Shown in pieces: positions 38,860 to 52,474 of a stretch of 64,000 nt of DNA. A program made the translations under genes and the position numbers. Every line of letters starts with the position of its first letter. Positions within the stretch are counted from its first letter, which is position 1. Source of the DNA: Eledone cirrhosa (lineage: Eukaryota); assembly GCA_964016885.1 (NCBI GenBank), contig OZ024742.1, forward strand, positions 46,500,001 to 46,564,000. Direction: 5' to 3'. The notes under the pieces are model-generated. The model ran no database searches. It worked only from the letters and a program-made list of their open reading frames with translations, and was not told where the DNA came from.

Positions 38860-41458
38860 TCTAAGGTGTCTGCATGTCCCGAAGAAGTCGGTTCTGAGGT
38901 TTATCAGGCCGCTTCCACCTCTTAGTATCTCGAGGGTCTCGTTTCAGGCATAGTTTGCATATGCAATATCCCCCTTTATCGGGGTCCTGTCCAGCTTAAG
39001 CTTCCAGATCAGGTCGGAGAGAGCTGTGCTTTTCCTTTTGGCCTCCTTCTTGAATGAAAGGCGATGGTTGTACCAGCGGTCTTTAAAGCTCGTTGATGTG
39101 GCTCCTATGTAGAGGTGTTCGGAGTTGGGGGTTTTAACCCTACAACCGTATACTAGGTTCTTTTGAGGCATTCATTACCAAGGGGGCATGATTCGGGGTT
39201 TCTGCAGTTGAAGCGGGTGGTCGGCCTCTGCATGCCTAGATTAGGGTTCCCGTTATGTGTTACATGTTGGTCTTCCCCCGAGCTCGGTGGGGGGTCCTCG
39301 GGTCTGTTTGGGTTTCTTGTGTGGACCCTGGGTCCCCCCTTCCCTCCTTTCACATGGTTCTGCTGAGTGTTTGTATTGCCATCTTCTGGTTGTGTGTGGT
39401 TGTTAAGCCTACTTCTGTTGATGCTGGCTATGTGTTGGGCCAAATTTCTCGTGGTGGAATACGAGAGCTTCACAGTGTGTCTGTTGAAGATCCTGTGGTA
39501 TCTATGGTCCCTCGGGAAGCATTTGTCAAGTGCTCCAAAGAATAATCGGTCAAGCTTTTCTTTAGGGCTGCTGAGTAGGGTGGGTTGTACCACGTGATTT
39601 TTCGGTGTCTCCTCCTATATGTGTGGGTCGGGGGCGTCGTGATTTGCTGGAGATTTGTTGGGTTGCTGGTGGTTTCCGCACTGTTGCTTCCCCTTTGGGC
39701 TCTATGCTTTTTGTTATCTTCGCGGCCCGAATTTGTGGGGTGGTCGTTGTCCGCCCCGGGAGATCCATCGTGGGGTGGTCGCCCCTTTCCCCCCTACGTG
39801 TCCTGCGGTTGGGGTCGTCTGTCCTGGGGTGGTTAGCGTCACGCCTGAGACTGCTACTCATATTGTGCTCCATCTCGTGGTCAAGCGCACTAGTCCCCAC
39901 CGCCCGTGTGGCGGTGTCGGGCACATGGTGCCTATTTGATTCTGCTCTGCCTGTATTGTTAGGGTTCGCCCCCTCCCCCGGGCAACGCGGTTGTGGGTGT
40001 CTGTTGGGCTATCCCCATCCCGGCTTTTCGGACTATATGTTATATTTTGGCCATGTGCCGTCTTCTTTAGAGCTGCGTTGTAATATTCCGCGTGGTTATT
40101 GAATATTTCCTTACTTGCGGACAGGCTGGAGATCCTTTCCGAGACACTCTTCACCACTGCCTTGGTTATGGATCTAGGGTGGTTTGATTTGGCGTTAACA
40201 TATACGAGTTTCTCGTTGGGCTTGTGGTAGGGGTAGTTTTGCTCGGTGTTCAGGTTTAGGGTGGTGTCTAGGAAGTTAACTACCTTCCTATTTGGGTCTA
40301 TTTCTATGCTGAGCCCCTGGTTCTTAAAGAAATGGCGAATACGCCTCCTCATACCCTCCAACATATTGGTGCTGTGGTCATATACTGTGAATAGAGCATC
40401 GTCACGATATAATCCGCCGCCCAGGCAGGGGATTTCATCTTTTATCTGCTTCAGCAGGTAGAGCCCAACCAGGTCCGTTACCTGCGCTGAGTCGCTGGAG
40501 CCCATCGTGATGTCAAAGTTATTTGGCCAATCACTCCTGGTCCAAAGGTCTCCATCGAAGCGGATTAAGGTCTTTCTTGTGGTGTGGATGATGCTCACCT
40601 CCTCTCGGGTTAGGTCCGTATTGGACATCGCTAGAAATAGGGCCTTATTAAGTACTATGGGTGAGATTGAGGAGTAGTAGCTTGCGATGTCTAGTTGTAT
40701 AAAGCTGGTCCTACTTTTCTCATGCAGTATTTTAAACCATTCTATTACTTCTCCCGTGCATGACCATTGCTGTAATTTAGTTTTCTTCCGAAGCTTGGGC
40801 AAAATCCTATCCATTATTCTTTTACTGACGATCCCTAGGTCAGATCTGAAGGGGGCTATTAGTCTAACAGGGAGGTCGGACTCAAATTTTGGCTTGTGGT
40901 CTTTAAGGGTAATCCGCGGCTCCCTTGGTTGGTATGGGGCCGTCCTGTCCTCTATGCCGATTCTGGATATAATCCTGTAAGCTGTGGCATTGATCTCATC
41001 CAGGGTAAATCCAGGTGTTTTTTTGTAGCACTTCCTCAGTTCTTTGAGGATTACCTTATTGTACAGTTCAGTGTTCATGTTGTAGAGGTTGTTTGTTTTG
41101 TCAGCATGGACAAGTATTCCAGTTGTCCCTTTAAGTACTGTAATCCGGTTTCTCAGGTGTCTGAGGTACTCCTGACTTCTGGTTGGGTTTCCGGATAATT
41201 TGAGGTTGGATATGATGTTAATCATCTCGTTTTCAAACTCCTCTATTAGTCTGTTGTGGGGGGATTCCTCCTTGATCGAAAAAGGTACTCCATCTTTTGT
41301 GTGTTGGTAATTTTCTGCGTTCTTCTTCTGAAGTGGAACGCCTTCCATCTCATCCTACGGACGAGGGAGTCCGTACTCTTGATGAGATCACTGGTGTATT
41401 CTCGTTTATCAGGTAAGGGGATGTCCTTCAGTGACGCTAAGGTTGCCAGTATATCCAT
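38860..41458 (-). pseudogene. PLE ORF: reverse transcriptase, Cys-rich linker and C-terminal GIY-YIG endonuclease, frameshifted
   Basis: SLKDIP...RRMRWKA, LDIASYYSSI, TMGS, GLYRDD, VNFLD, SNHP, WYNPPYS, NCRNPESCPLGNEC, LVY...YIG...FKDRWYNH. Confidence 0.92.
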
Positions 41459-41940
41459 AGTGACTTAGGTCCGCTACTGTTTGAAGCGCTCAACCCGTGT
41501 GGGAGCTAGATAGATTTTGAGTTTATGTTAGTTGTATACCAACACCTCAGTATGCAGGCTGGAGCACTCGACGAAGTGCGCAGGTTGGTTTGGTTACTCC
41601 GGAGTAGTGTAAAATAAAGTTAAATAAAAAGTCAAATGATTAAAATTTAGCTTCGTTTATTACTGCTATATATATTTCAGTGATAGCCATCTTTGGCTGT
41701 GACCTCTAAGTGTTGTTATTGTTGGAGTTAGCTTAAAAAATTGATAAAATGGTAGAAGGGACAAGGTGTTAAAGGAACAAAATAACAAAAAAAGTTGACA
41801 AGGAAATTCGTTTGTTTGAATTCATATGATTCCAGTTCCTCAGTGAAATAACAACCCAACCAGGAACTGGGCATATCAGAGTATTGACAATATTATACAC
41901 CTCAACAACATATGTACTTGTCTATACCATACTAATTCAA

Positions 41941-41995
41941 ACTGCCTGAAGAGGTCACATCCAAAGGTGGCTGTCACTGAAATATATATAGCAGT
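41941..41995 (+). ncRNA. Type-I hammerhead motif in the inverted pseudo-LTR
   Basis: Inverted copy of 37560-37614. Confidence 0.78.
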
Positions 41996-42040
41996 AATAA
42001 ACGAAGCTAAATTTTAATCATTTGACTTTTTATTTAACTT

Positions 42041-42071
<31 letters not shown>

Positions 42072-42179
42072 AAAACGCGCATACATATACTTATACAAAC
42101 ATACATAAATACATACGCACATACATATATATAAGTACATATGTACATGCATACATACAACATAAAAATGATACTCTTG

Positions 42180-44400
42180 AGACTGTGATAGGAAAACTGC
42201 AAGATAAGAAAACATCAGGAAGAGACTTGATTGTCGGTTACTGGTACATAAATCTGAGATTCTATCAGATGTATCTTCTCAACCACTACAAGCAAGCTCT
42301 CAATGGAGATGCACATATACCAGGGTCGTTGATCTTAGCACATACAATACTGGTCCCCAAGAACAAAGATATCCACTTAGCAAAAAACTAACGACCCATT
42401 GCATGCCAGAATCTAATATATAAAATGTATACAGCCTGCCTGAACCTAATCCTTCAAGATCACTGTGACAATAATAACATCATCCCAGATGAGCAAGCAG
42501 TTGGGAAGAAAGGAGTTTGGGTGCGTGCTGAACAACTCGTAAATAACAAAACCGTGATGTCGGAGGTGCGACAACTTAGGAAAAATATGGTTACAGTCTG
42601 GCTGGACTACAGGAAAGCATTTGATTCTGTTTCCCACTCTTGGATGATAGAGTCCCCCAACCCCGACTTGCTAATGCCCCAGACACTATTATCAGAGACC
42701 CAGAGAATCTATCTTCTTTTTGGTCTAATATTCTAAAGTTAAATAAAGAGAAGGAGGACTTTATTTTCACTGATAAAATAGAATATCACAGGGGTATATT
42801 TCAAGGAGACAGTCTCTCTGTGCTACTATTTATTCTCTCACTAAACCTTTTATCCTTTCTGCTCAGGAAGTGTGAAGGATACATAATTGGCTGACAGAAA
42901 TACAAACTTAACCCATAACGTCTTTGTGGATGACTTGAAACTCTATTCCAAGAACATAAATGAGCTGCAGAAAAACCCTAACATGGTTACAACGTTCTCC
43001 AAAGATATAAGAATGGCCAGGATAAATATTCATATATGATTGTAAAGCGGGGAATATCTACAAGCCAATCTAACAACATTTTTATCAATGGCCTAACTGT
43101 TTCGCCGATATCGGATGAGGACTGCTACATATAAATAGGGATAGATGAGAATATATCCTATGATGGTATATGTAACAAGGAACGCGTAACCAGGGAATAT
43201 TACACCCGATTAAGAAAAACATATTGTCATCTTAAATCTCTGCGCACAGTAAAACAGTAAAACAATGTATTTGCTGTGCCTTTCCTAACACCAACATTTG
43301 AACGATAGATGGAATCCAAGATATTGATGTTAAAACACGGAAACTTCCACATCAACAGTGACATAGACTACCTCCACTTGAAACGTAAGCAGGGAGGCAG
43401 AGACCTAAAATCAGTCCAGAGGGCATTAGAGTATCGCATCATATCCCTCTGACAACATTTACGAACCTCGAAGCGTAGCAACCCATCTATTGAGCAAGTC
43501 TATCTGCATGAGACAGATAAGATCATGAGAGTTGGGAAGGAACTCTTTGAGAAATACTTCCTGCATGATAATCAAAAACTTACACCCAGGTAAATTACCC
43601 AGAAATACCACAGTGAATTCTTGGATGAAAAACTGCATGCTTATCAGCTAAAAATCATGTATGGATATGTTGCCAAGAGTCTCCAAAGTGAGAGCAATAT
43701 AGATAAGCAAAGTAGTCTATATTGGCTTTCATTTTGAAGGATATGCTTTTGCAATCTAAAAACAGGAAAATCAATACAAAATACCTGATTCACAAAAGAG
43801 ATAGGGATGCAGGTAATCACCTAGATGTGACAAGAAATGCAGATTCTGCAGAATTAATATCGAATATGTTACCCATGTCATAAGCAACTGTCCAAATATG
43901 TCACCCGGTTACTATCTACTTATGAGGTATGATGTAGTGGCCAACACACTATACAGTGAAATCCGTAGAACAGATAGCCTCGACAATAAACATATCAAAA
44001 GTTACAGCAATGTGGAAGACATATACATGCATAGTATGAAAGAGTACTGGTGGAACGTTCCAGTCAAAACCCCAATAAAATGTAAGCGTAACAGACCAGA
44101 TATAGTGATATGGGACAGGGAAAAGGAGGCATGCACAATATGCCAATATTGAAAATTAGCGAAAAGGAGAACACCTATGTAGAACTAATGAGGAATCTGC
44201 AGATATTCCACCCTGACTATACCTTCCAATTTATACCTATGATTATTGGGGCTTTGGGATATATTACAAACTGACTCAGTACAAATCTTGAGAAGCTGGG
44301 CTGCACAGAATCAGAAAAAACACACAACTAGTTAGGAAGTTACAAGTACAATCCATCAATGGAACTATAGAACTATGTAAACAAATTCAAAAACTTCTGC
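42180..44400 (+). pseudogene. R4/Dong-type LINE, 5'-truncated and heavily decayed (RT + zinc finger + RLE)
   Basis: TILVPK, RPIAC, WLDYRKAFDSVSHSW, GIFQGDSLS, FVDDLKLY, CRFC, HVISNC, NRPDIVIWD. Confidence 0.88.
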
Positions 44401-44689
44401 ATATAATAAATGCATATACACATATAGTAAGTAATACAAAACATGCACGTGCATACATATAACTCAAAGCATACAGATCCACACATACAATAACATCCAA
44501 ATCTGCACACAGGAAAATACGCATACAAACGCATGCATGAAGACATGGATACATATTTACTTAGTTGATGTCTAAATTCCAATGAAAGGCTCTTGTGTCT
44601 ATGTAAGAAACCGACTCTTTCTCGCACTATTGGTAAATATTTTTGAAATAATGAACATACATACATACATGCATACGTAAACACATACA

Positions 44690-44690
44690 C

Positions 44691-44721
<31 letters not shown>

Positions 44722-44726
44722 TATAA

Positions 44727-44770
<44 letters not shown>

Positions 44771-44923
44771 GTATATATATGTATATATGTATATATATAT
44801 ATATGTGTATATGTATATATAAATATATATATGTATATGTATATATATATGTATATATATGTATATATATATATGTGTGTATATATGTATATATATATAT
44901 ATATATATGTATATATAAATATG

Positions 44924-45019
<96 letters not shown>

Positions 45020-45072
45020 CACGTACACAAACACACTTACACACACACACACACACTCACACACACATATAT
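44690..45072. repeat. Compound (TA)n/(TATG)n/(CA)n microsatellite
   Basis: Directly visible; source of the YIYI ORFs. Confidence 0.95.
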
Positions 45073-45228
45073 ATGGAGTTAATCCAAAGAGAGTTAATAC
45101 TGGCAATATTTATATTTTCAAGCTCAATGTGTTACTGTCATTAGAGATAAAAACAGAAATTCAGAAAAGATTTTATTTCAAGAATAGAAGAATTTAGGGA
45201 CATAATAACACAGAATATATATATATAC

Positions 45229-45269
<41 letters not shown>

Positions 45270-45389
45270 CAATATGAGATGACAGTTGATTTCTTAAGCC
45301 ATTTAATAGATACAAATGTTCCAATGCATCTTATTCAATTAATGCTTATTTTATTTAAATTCAACTAAGAAGTAAACATTGATTATAAC

Positions 45390-45620
45390 AGATATTGTAC
45401 ATCTTCAGAAACATTGTAAATGAATATACACTGATCTGGGATTCAGCAAGTACAATAGAAAAGTTATCCCTTCGGAGATCTACATATTTAATTCCTCCCG
45501 CCCCCTAAATAAAAAAAATTCAAGATGTAGTCCACCGAAGGGACAGATTTCTTTTGTACTCGCTTAATCCCAGATCATTGTATAATCATTTATAAGTCTT
45601 CTAAAGATGTACAATATCTA
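45390..45620. mobile_element. Old inverted-pair mini-element with hammerhead-like core (arms 45390-45502 / 45517-45620)
   Basis: Diverged arms; CTGAAGATGTACAATATC on minus strand and CTAAAGATGTACAATATC on plus strand. Confidence 0.6.
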
Positions 45621-45625
45621 ATAAT

Positions 45626-45813
45626 TGTTTCTACTTTTAGCACAAGGCCAGCAGTTATCCCAGTGCATTACTGGTACTTTGTTTTATCGACCCCGTAAGG
45701 ATGAAAGGCAAAGTTAACATAGGTGGGATTTGAACTCAGACCGTAAAGGACCGTAACTCTATGCTGAAAAGCATAGCTTCTGACCCTCTACCGATAATGC
45801 CAATCCACCTCCC
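45626..45813 (-). mobile_element. tRNA-derived SINE, full-length, 16-bp TSD
   Basis: TACAATATCTAATAAT at 45610-45625 and 45814-45829; closely similar to the 3142 copy. Confidence 0.92.
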
Positions 45814-46862
45814 TACAATATCTAATAATGCTTTGTTATACTCAATACTTACATAATAAGTATAAGCATCTCTATATTACATTCATCCACATAATACAAT
45901 ACTTCTGTTATAGCATACGAACATTTACACGTGAACAATCTCACATTTCAAATATACATCTTGGAGTTATTTCCATTTGTTATAATACGTTTTTTTCGTA
46001 AACACGTATTTTAGCAAACTCTAGTTTTACAGATAGCTTATCAACTCACATATACGCCCGAAGAAAGGTCACACATTTGTTGTCTCTTGAATTCCGTGTT
46101 TAAACATAAATAAATGACACACACACACATACACACACATACACACACACACTCACATATACATATATATATGTATATATAATACACATACACATATAGA
46201 TATGCATACTCATACAGAACATTAAATATTAGCGAAGGCCATATGAAGTTGTGCATACATTTATTCAGCTATTAAACATATTTCTCTGGGGTCGACTATT
46301 AGGTCTTATGATTTCTACGTAATTGTCGGCCCGAGTTCATCAGATAGCAATTAAAGATAACAACAAAGAACTTCTAAAGTTTATCGATACGAGGGACTGG
46401 CATATAGCCAGTTTCCATAAAGCTGGCCAGCCCCCGTGTAATATCTACCCCTCTCCAACTCTATGGCGGAAGTGGCGGTTAGTTTCATTTTCTAGGTTTC
46501 ATTTATTTACCAAGTCTTAAGCATGGACACAAAGTTTGAGAATACTTTACTTCCCTGCCTCCCATCTATCAATAAGTGGTAATAGTGATAGTAGTAACAA
46601 GTTCATTCTGCCACATCTAATAGATTCCTCGCAGTTATCGCTAGGTGTCGATAAAATTGATCGTGGAAAAAATAAAACAGAGATTGAATAAAGAACATGA
46701 ATTAAATTAAAAATTAAATCAAAAGAATATAATCAAATAAATTCAGAGTTTAACAAATACAGAATTTAGTAAATATAGTGTTTAACCGGATTAAAAGTTG
46801 TCTATGCAGAAGTCCTCTTCCCCAAACCATATCAGATTTATATTGTAAGACAGTTTCATGAC

Positions 46863-47015
<153 letters not shown>

Positions 47016-47136
47016 ATATATATATATATATATATAAGTGGTTACCACTTCTACCTAACTCGTCCCATGGACTGAGTGCTCTACCTCTACGGATATTAGC
47101 TTCCAGTGTTCTACCACTATATATATATATATATAT

Positions 47137-47937
<801 letters not shown>

Positions 47938-48209
47938 TATATATATATATATATATATATTAATTTCAACAATGTCAGTATTCCGTGTGTCATAATTCTC
48001 GATTATCATTGGTTCATAGGTTTCAAACGACTCCGCCCACCTCAACGACGCCAAACTTAAATTAATATGCATAATGCCAATGAGGGAGTGAGAGGGTAGC
48101 GTAAGAAACACAGAGGCAAAGTGAACGCTGTAACTATTACCATGTGTGCATGAGTATGTACGTGCGCGTATGTTTATGTGTGTGTGCGTGCGTGCGTGCA
48201 GCGTTCCAC

Positions 48210-48810
48210 AGAAAGTAAAAGCATTTCGACTTTATCAAACAGTGAACTACAGCGGCGTCGGCGTGCAGCCAGGAATGAAGAAAAACGGGCCGAACAGCAC
48301 CATTGGAACGCCGAACTTCAGAGGCCAATACGTGCCGCCATGAATGAAGAGGAGCTGGCTGAACAACGCCAACGAAACACTGGAGCCAAGCAGCGACGGC
48401 GTGCTGCGATAGTTGAAGACCAACTGGCTGAGCATCATCTTTTATATTAACCATCTATATCTATATCTACATATAATATAACAGATTGGAACTTCCATCA
48501 TTCTTTTGAGCAACGTGGAACAACCACGTCTATGCAATGATACACGTTTTACAGTCAGGAAGAAGATGAACCATCTCCTAGAGGTCACTATTCTAGGTGG
48601 GAGGACCTAAAATTGTTCATATACTATGCACAAACGGTACAACGAAAAATCTGGCATAACTGGAAGATTTTTTTTACTGTTTTCTGTATCACACAGACAC
48701 CACGAACTTGCCTCATACTGTAACCAGACAAACATCCAATAGTCATTTTCTCTTTTACCTGTCGTCTCTTATCATCTGATTACCCGGGCGAAGCTGGGTA
48801 CGTCAGCTAG
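48210..48810 (+). mobile_element. Internally deleted Helitron
   Basis: Arg/Glu-rich 23-aa-like repeats (48240-48430); helicase relic LLSNVEQPRLCNDTRFTV (about 48503-48600); 3' hairpin ACCCGG...CTGGGT then CTAG|T at 48807-48810. Confidence 0.8.
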
Positions 48811-48829
48811 TATATATATATTATAAATA

Positions 48830-48944
<115 letters not shown>

Positions 48945-48981
48945 CAAGTAAGGATGTTTTGAAACAGTGAGCAAGTTTGAA

Positions 48982-49191
48982 ATTAGAAAATAAAAGCTTT
49001 CACCGTATTTTTTTTACTAAAGAAATTTTAGCCTGATAGTGGGGTTTAGAATCCTCAGAGAAATGGAAAAAGATGAGTATTGATGTACGTCAATACTCAT
49101 CTTTTTCCATTTCTCTGAGGATTCTAAACCCCACTATCAGGCTAAAATTTCTTTAGTAAAAAAATACGGTAAAAGCTTCTATTTACTAATT
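48982..49191. mobile_element. Palindromic mini-element, about 200 bp, with CTGAGGA...GAAA core
   Basis: Arms mirror about GT|AC at 49085-49088. Confidence 0.75.
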
Positions 49192-49228
49192 TATATATAT
49201 ATATTTAATATAGAAATGGCTTCTACAG

Positions 49229-49316
<88 letters not shown>

Positions 49317-49489
49317 CAAATAATGTATATATATATATATATATATGATAAATAATATATGTATATATATATATGTACATATGAATACCCCACTCTCCAG
49401 AGCGTGAAATTAATAAACATTCGTTGTACTGCCTCTCTGTTTTGTTCCTGTTCAAATTTTTCCATTATATATATATATATATATATATA

Positions 49490-50357
49490 TAAATGGAAAA
49501 AATGAAACGAAATTTCATTTCTCACTCTTAGTACGGCTGTTACTTAAATATAAGTATGTATACGTACATACATATATGTATACAAACGTAGAGTAGTATG
49601 TATATATACATACATGCATACATATATATATGTACGCATGGGTTTATCGAACATTTATTATAATGCTCGGTTTGTTTGTAAACAAACAAACAGCCCAGAT
49701 TATGCCGTACAGTGTTTAGCAACCATCGTTGCCCTTTTGTTCAACACTGACAAAGGAACGATGTACTAGTTTCAAGCTTATTAGCTATCGCCATCATCGT
49801 ATACCTTCCTGCCAGATGATTGAACGTCTGAAAGTATATACTTTATGCATATTAACGGTTGAGCAGCCTAATTTGCATATCGAGTGATATATACGTACAT
49901 ATATATGTGTGCATGTATGTATATATATACATACTACTGTACGTCTGTATACATATATATATGTACGTATACATAATTATATTTAAGTAACAGCCGTACT
50001 AAGAGTGAGAATTGAAATTTCGTTTCATTTTTTCCATTTATCGTTTTCGGTGCGCCCGGCCGACTAACTCACTCGATATGCAAATTAGGCTGCTCAGCCG
50101 TTAATATGCATAAGGAAAGTATATACTTTCAGACGTTCAATCATCTGGTAGGAAGGTATACGATGCTGAACAAAAGGGCAACGATGGCTGCTAAACACTG
50201 TACGGCTTAATCCGGGCTGTTTGTTTGTTTACAAACAAACCGAGCATTATAGTAAATGTTCGATAAATCCACACGTACATATATATACGTATGCATGTAT
50301 GTATATATATACATATTACTGTACGTCTGTATACATATATGTATGTACGTATGCATA

Positions 50358-50360
<3 letters not shown>
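49490..50360. mobile_element. Family B mini-element (about 410-nt monomer), inverted pair
   Basis: Left arm 49490-49887, right arm 49888-50360 running through the monomer junction; mutated hammerhead at 49758-49800 (-); homologous to 60993-61970. Confidence 0.85.
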
Positions 50361-50432
<72 letters not shown>

Positions 50433-50436
<4 letters not shown>

Positions 50437-51060
50437 TAACTCATGTCTATAGAATCACAAGATAAAATATATACCATTTCCTCTCCCAATTAGCGTAATT
50501 AACTATATAAAAAATCGAATAGACCAGGCTATAAGAATGAGGCTTCTATGAAGAAATCTCCAACAAATAACCGAAACTAGCCCTTTGCGTCGGCCGCGAC
50601 GGAATATTTATCGAATATTTCGACAGCGTAATCGCCCAGATACAGTCAATTAAACAGAATTAGGTGTAAAATAAACTAGGAGAAAATAGAATACATTTAA
50701 ATACCACTACCATGGTTTCGTTCGCATTTTGAGATTTCCAATAATTATGTAATAATTATGTAACTCGAGCATCGGATTCATCAGGAGATTTGCTCTGATC
50801 TAGACACTACATTTTCCAAAGTGATCGTGCCGAGAATTCTTTCTAAATGGCTAAGAATCGTGACGTAGTAGCGGTCAGGTTGGAAGCGTGTGGTAGTTGC
50901 TTACGGCTGGTGGCTTTTTTGCTAGAAAGCACAGCACAATACAGCCAAATTTGTATCTCAACCTAATGGGAGATTATTACATATAAAAGTTTACATATAT
51001 ATATATATATACATACATATACGTGTTTTGCAACGGGTCACTTTGCGGCTCAATGAAAAT
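50433..51060 (-). mobile_element. Family C mini-element (about 630 nt seen) with hammerhead core
   Basis: Minus strand CTGATGA (near 50783)...GAAACCATGGTA (near 50708-50719) with palindromic stem III; (TA)n flanks. Confidence 0.75.
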
Positions 51061-51261
51061 TATATATATATGAATATATATATATATATATATGAATATA
51101 TATATATATACGATGTGTTGATAATACAACCATATAAAGACAAAAACATTTCAAAGCTCAATGTGATTTATAATCCACAGCAAGATAACCAAGAAACAGT
51201 TCAGAGTTTAATCAAATCGGTAAATTTCCAATTACATTTGTTTTGCAATATCATAGAGCAC

Positions 51262-51490
51262 ATATATGGATGAATAAAGAGTAACCAAGATTTAAATTAA
51301 ATCATTTAATTGACGAAGTCCGTGATTTTCATATGGACAAGTGTTGGTAAATATAAATGTTATTAAAATAGATTCTGAAGAGACTTATATAGAAGGACTG
51401 AATATACACATTATTTTGATCGAAATATTCGTCAATCAATTAAATGATTTAATGTGAATTAAATCCTGGTTATTCTTTATTCATATATAT
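51262..51490. mobile_element. Inverted-pair mini-element with hammerhead at 51371-51437 (+)
   Basis: GATT-CTGAAGA...GAAA-TATTCG-TC-AATC (GUC site); arms 51265-51316 / 51428-51488. Confidence 0.65.
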
Positions 51491-51515
51491 ATCGACAGTC
51501 AATCGGCTTTTGTGA

Positions 51516-51630
51516 AGGTACGTGGCTGAGTGGTTAGAGAATTGGATTCGCAATCGTGTGATTATGAGTTCGATTACCTAACTGGGCGATGTTTTATGTC
51601 CTTGAGCAAGACACTTCATTTCCCGTTGCA
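51516..51630 (+). mobile_element. Second tRNA-SINE family, head only
   Basis: A box TGGCTGAGTGG, B box GAGTTCGATTAC, then GTCCTTGAGCAAGACACTT. Confidence 0.7.
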
Positions 51631-51727
51631 CATTCTACCTGGATTTGCGACCGATAGATAGTAGTAGCAATTAGAAAGACCAATGGAAACATTGTTTCCT
51701 CGGTCAGATTTTTTTTGTATATATATT

Positions 51728-51901
51728 TAATTTAATTACATAATAAACAACACAATATAATTATTTAATTACCGAAGGTTTCATGTAATTATAATTCTTT
51801 TGTCTGACGAACGAGCTAGATGTTTCTGCAAGAATCATCTAGTTTTTTGAAACCTTCGGTAATGAAATAAGTATATTGTGTTGTTTATTATGTAATTAAA
51901 T
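51728..51901. mobile_element. Inverted-pair mini-element with hammerhead at 51798-51867 (+)
   Basis: CTGACGA, stem CTAGATG/CATCTAG, GAAA-CC-TTC-GG-TA; arms 51730-51783 / 51848-51901. Confidence 0.7.
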
Positions 51902-51964
51902 AGCTCTGTACAATACATAGAGCACTCCTCTTTCCTTTACCTTTTCTACGGAAATGCTTAACAT

Positions 51965-52472
51965 ATGATGGCTGCAAACTCTGCTAAGAGTACTGCAATC
52001 GCTTGTCAGGTTATAGAGTTCGGTGCACTTTTAGGCTCGGCCAGTCACACAAACTTGTAACATATTCTGAACAAGCAATGCCTGTGATTTGAAAGTTTTT
52101 TTAAGTGGGGAAAGGCCTTGCATTCGACCACTCCCACTCTCTGAGCATCGAAAACACCACCCGAAAAGCAGAACTGGTCAACATCATCGGATGCTTCCGA
52201 AGCCGCAGGTTTTTTTTTCAGAGTTTCCCTCTCCTAGAAAGGTGTTGTGACAACAACTGGGCTCCCAGGTTAAAATAAAGTACTATTTTGGATGGCCTTT
52301 GACTCTGTTGAGTTCCTCCGTTCTTTGCCAGGTCTTGTATTTCATCCCGCAGGGTGTCCAAATATCACCCTCCTTACCAAGCAAGCTTGGTGGGGTTGCC
52401 GGTTAAGTCTCCGACGACCCGACCATGTACTGGGTTACATGTTACCAGTAGCACTTGAGAGAGACCTGACAT
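51965..52472 (-). mobile_element. RTE-like non-autonomous element, older diverged copy
   Basis: Colinear with 36261-36872, including both ends (ATGATGGCTGC...GACCTGACAT). Confidence 0.75.
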
Positions 52473-52474
52473 CG

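Larger units (their letters stand above)
37411..42047 (-). mobile_element. Penelope-like element, near full length, with direct and inverted pseudo-LTRs
   Basis: 37411-37895 is repeated directly at 41513-41795 (with a deletion); 37508-37750 is inverted at 41803-42047; (TA)n on both sides; RT plus GIY-YIG between. Confidence 0.93.

Noticed and set aside
44373-45197. [12 protein letters not shown] ORFs here and throughout the window
   Set aside because: Microsatellite translations.
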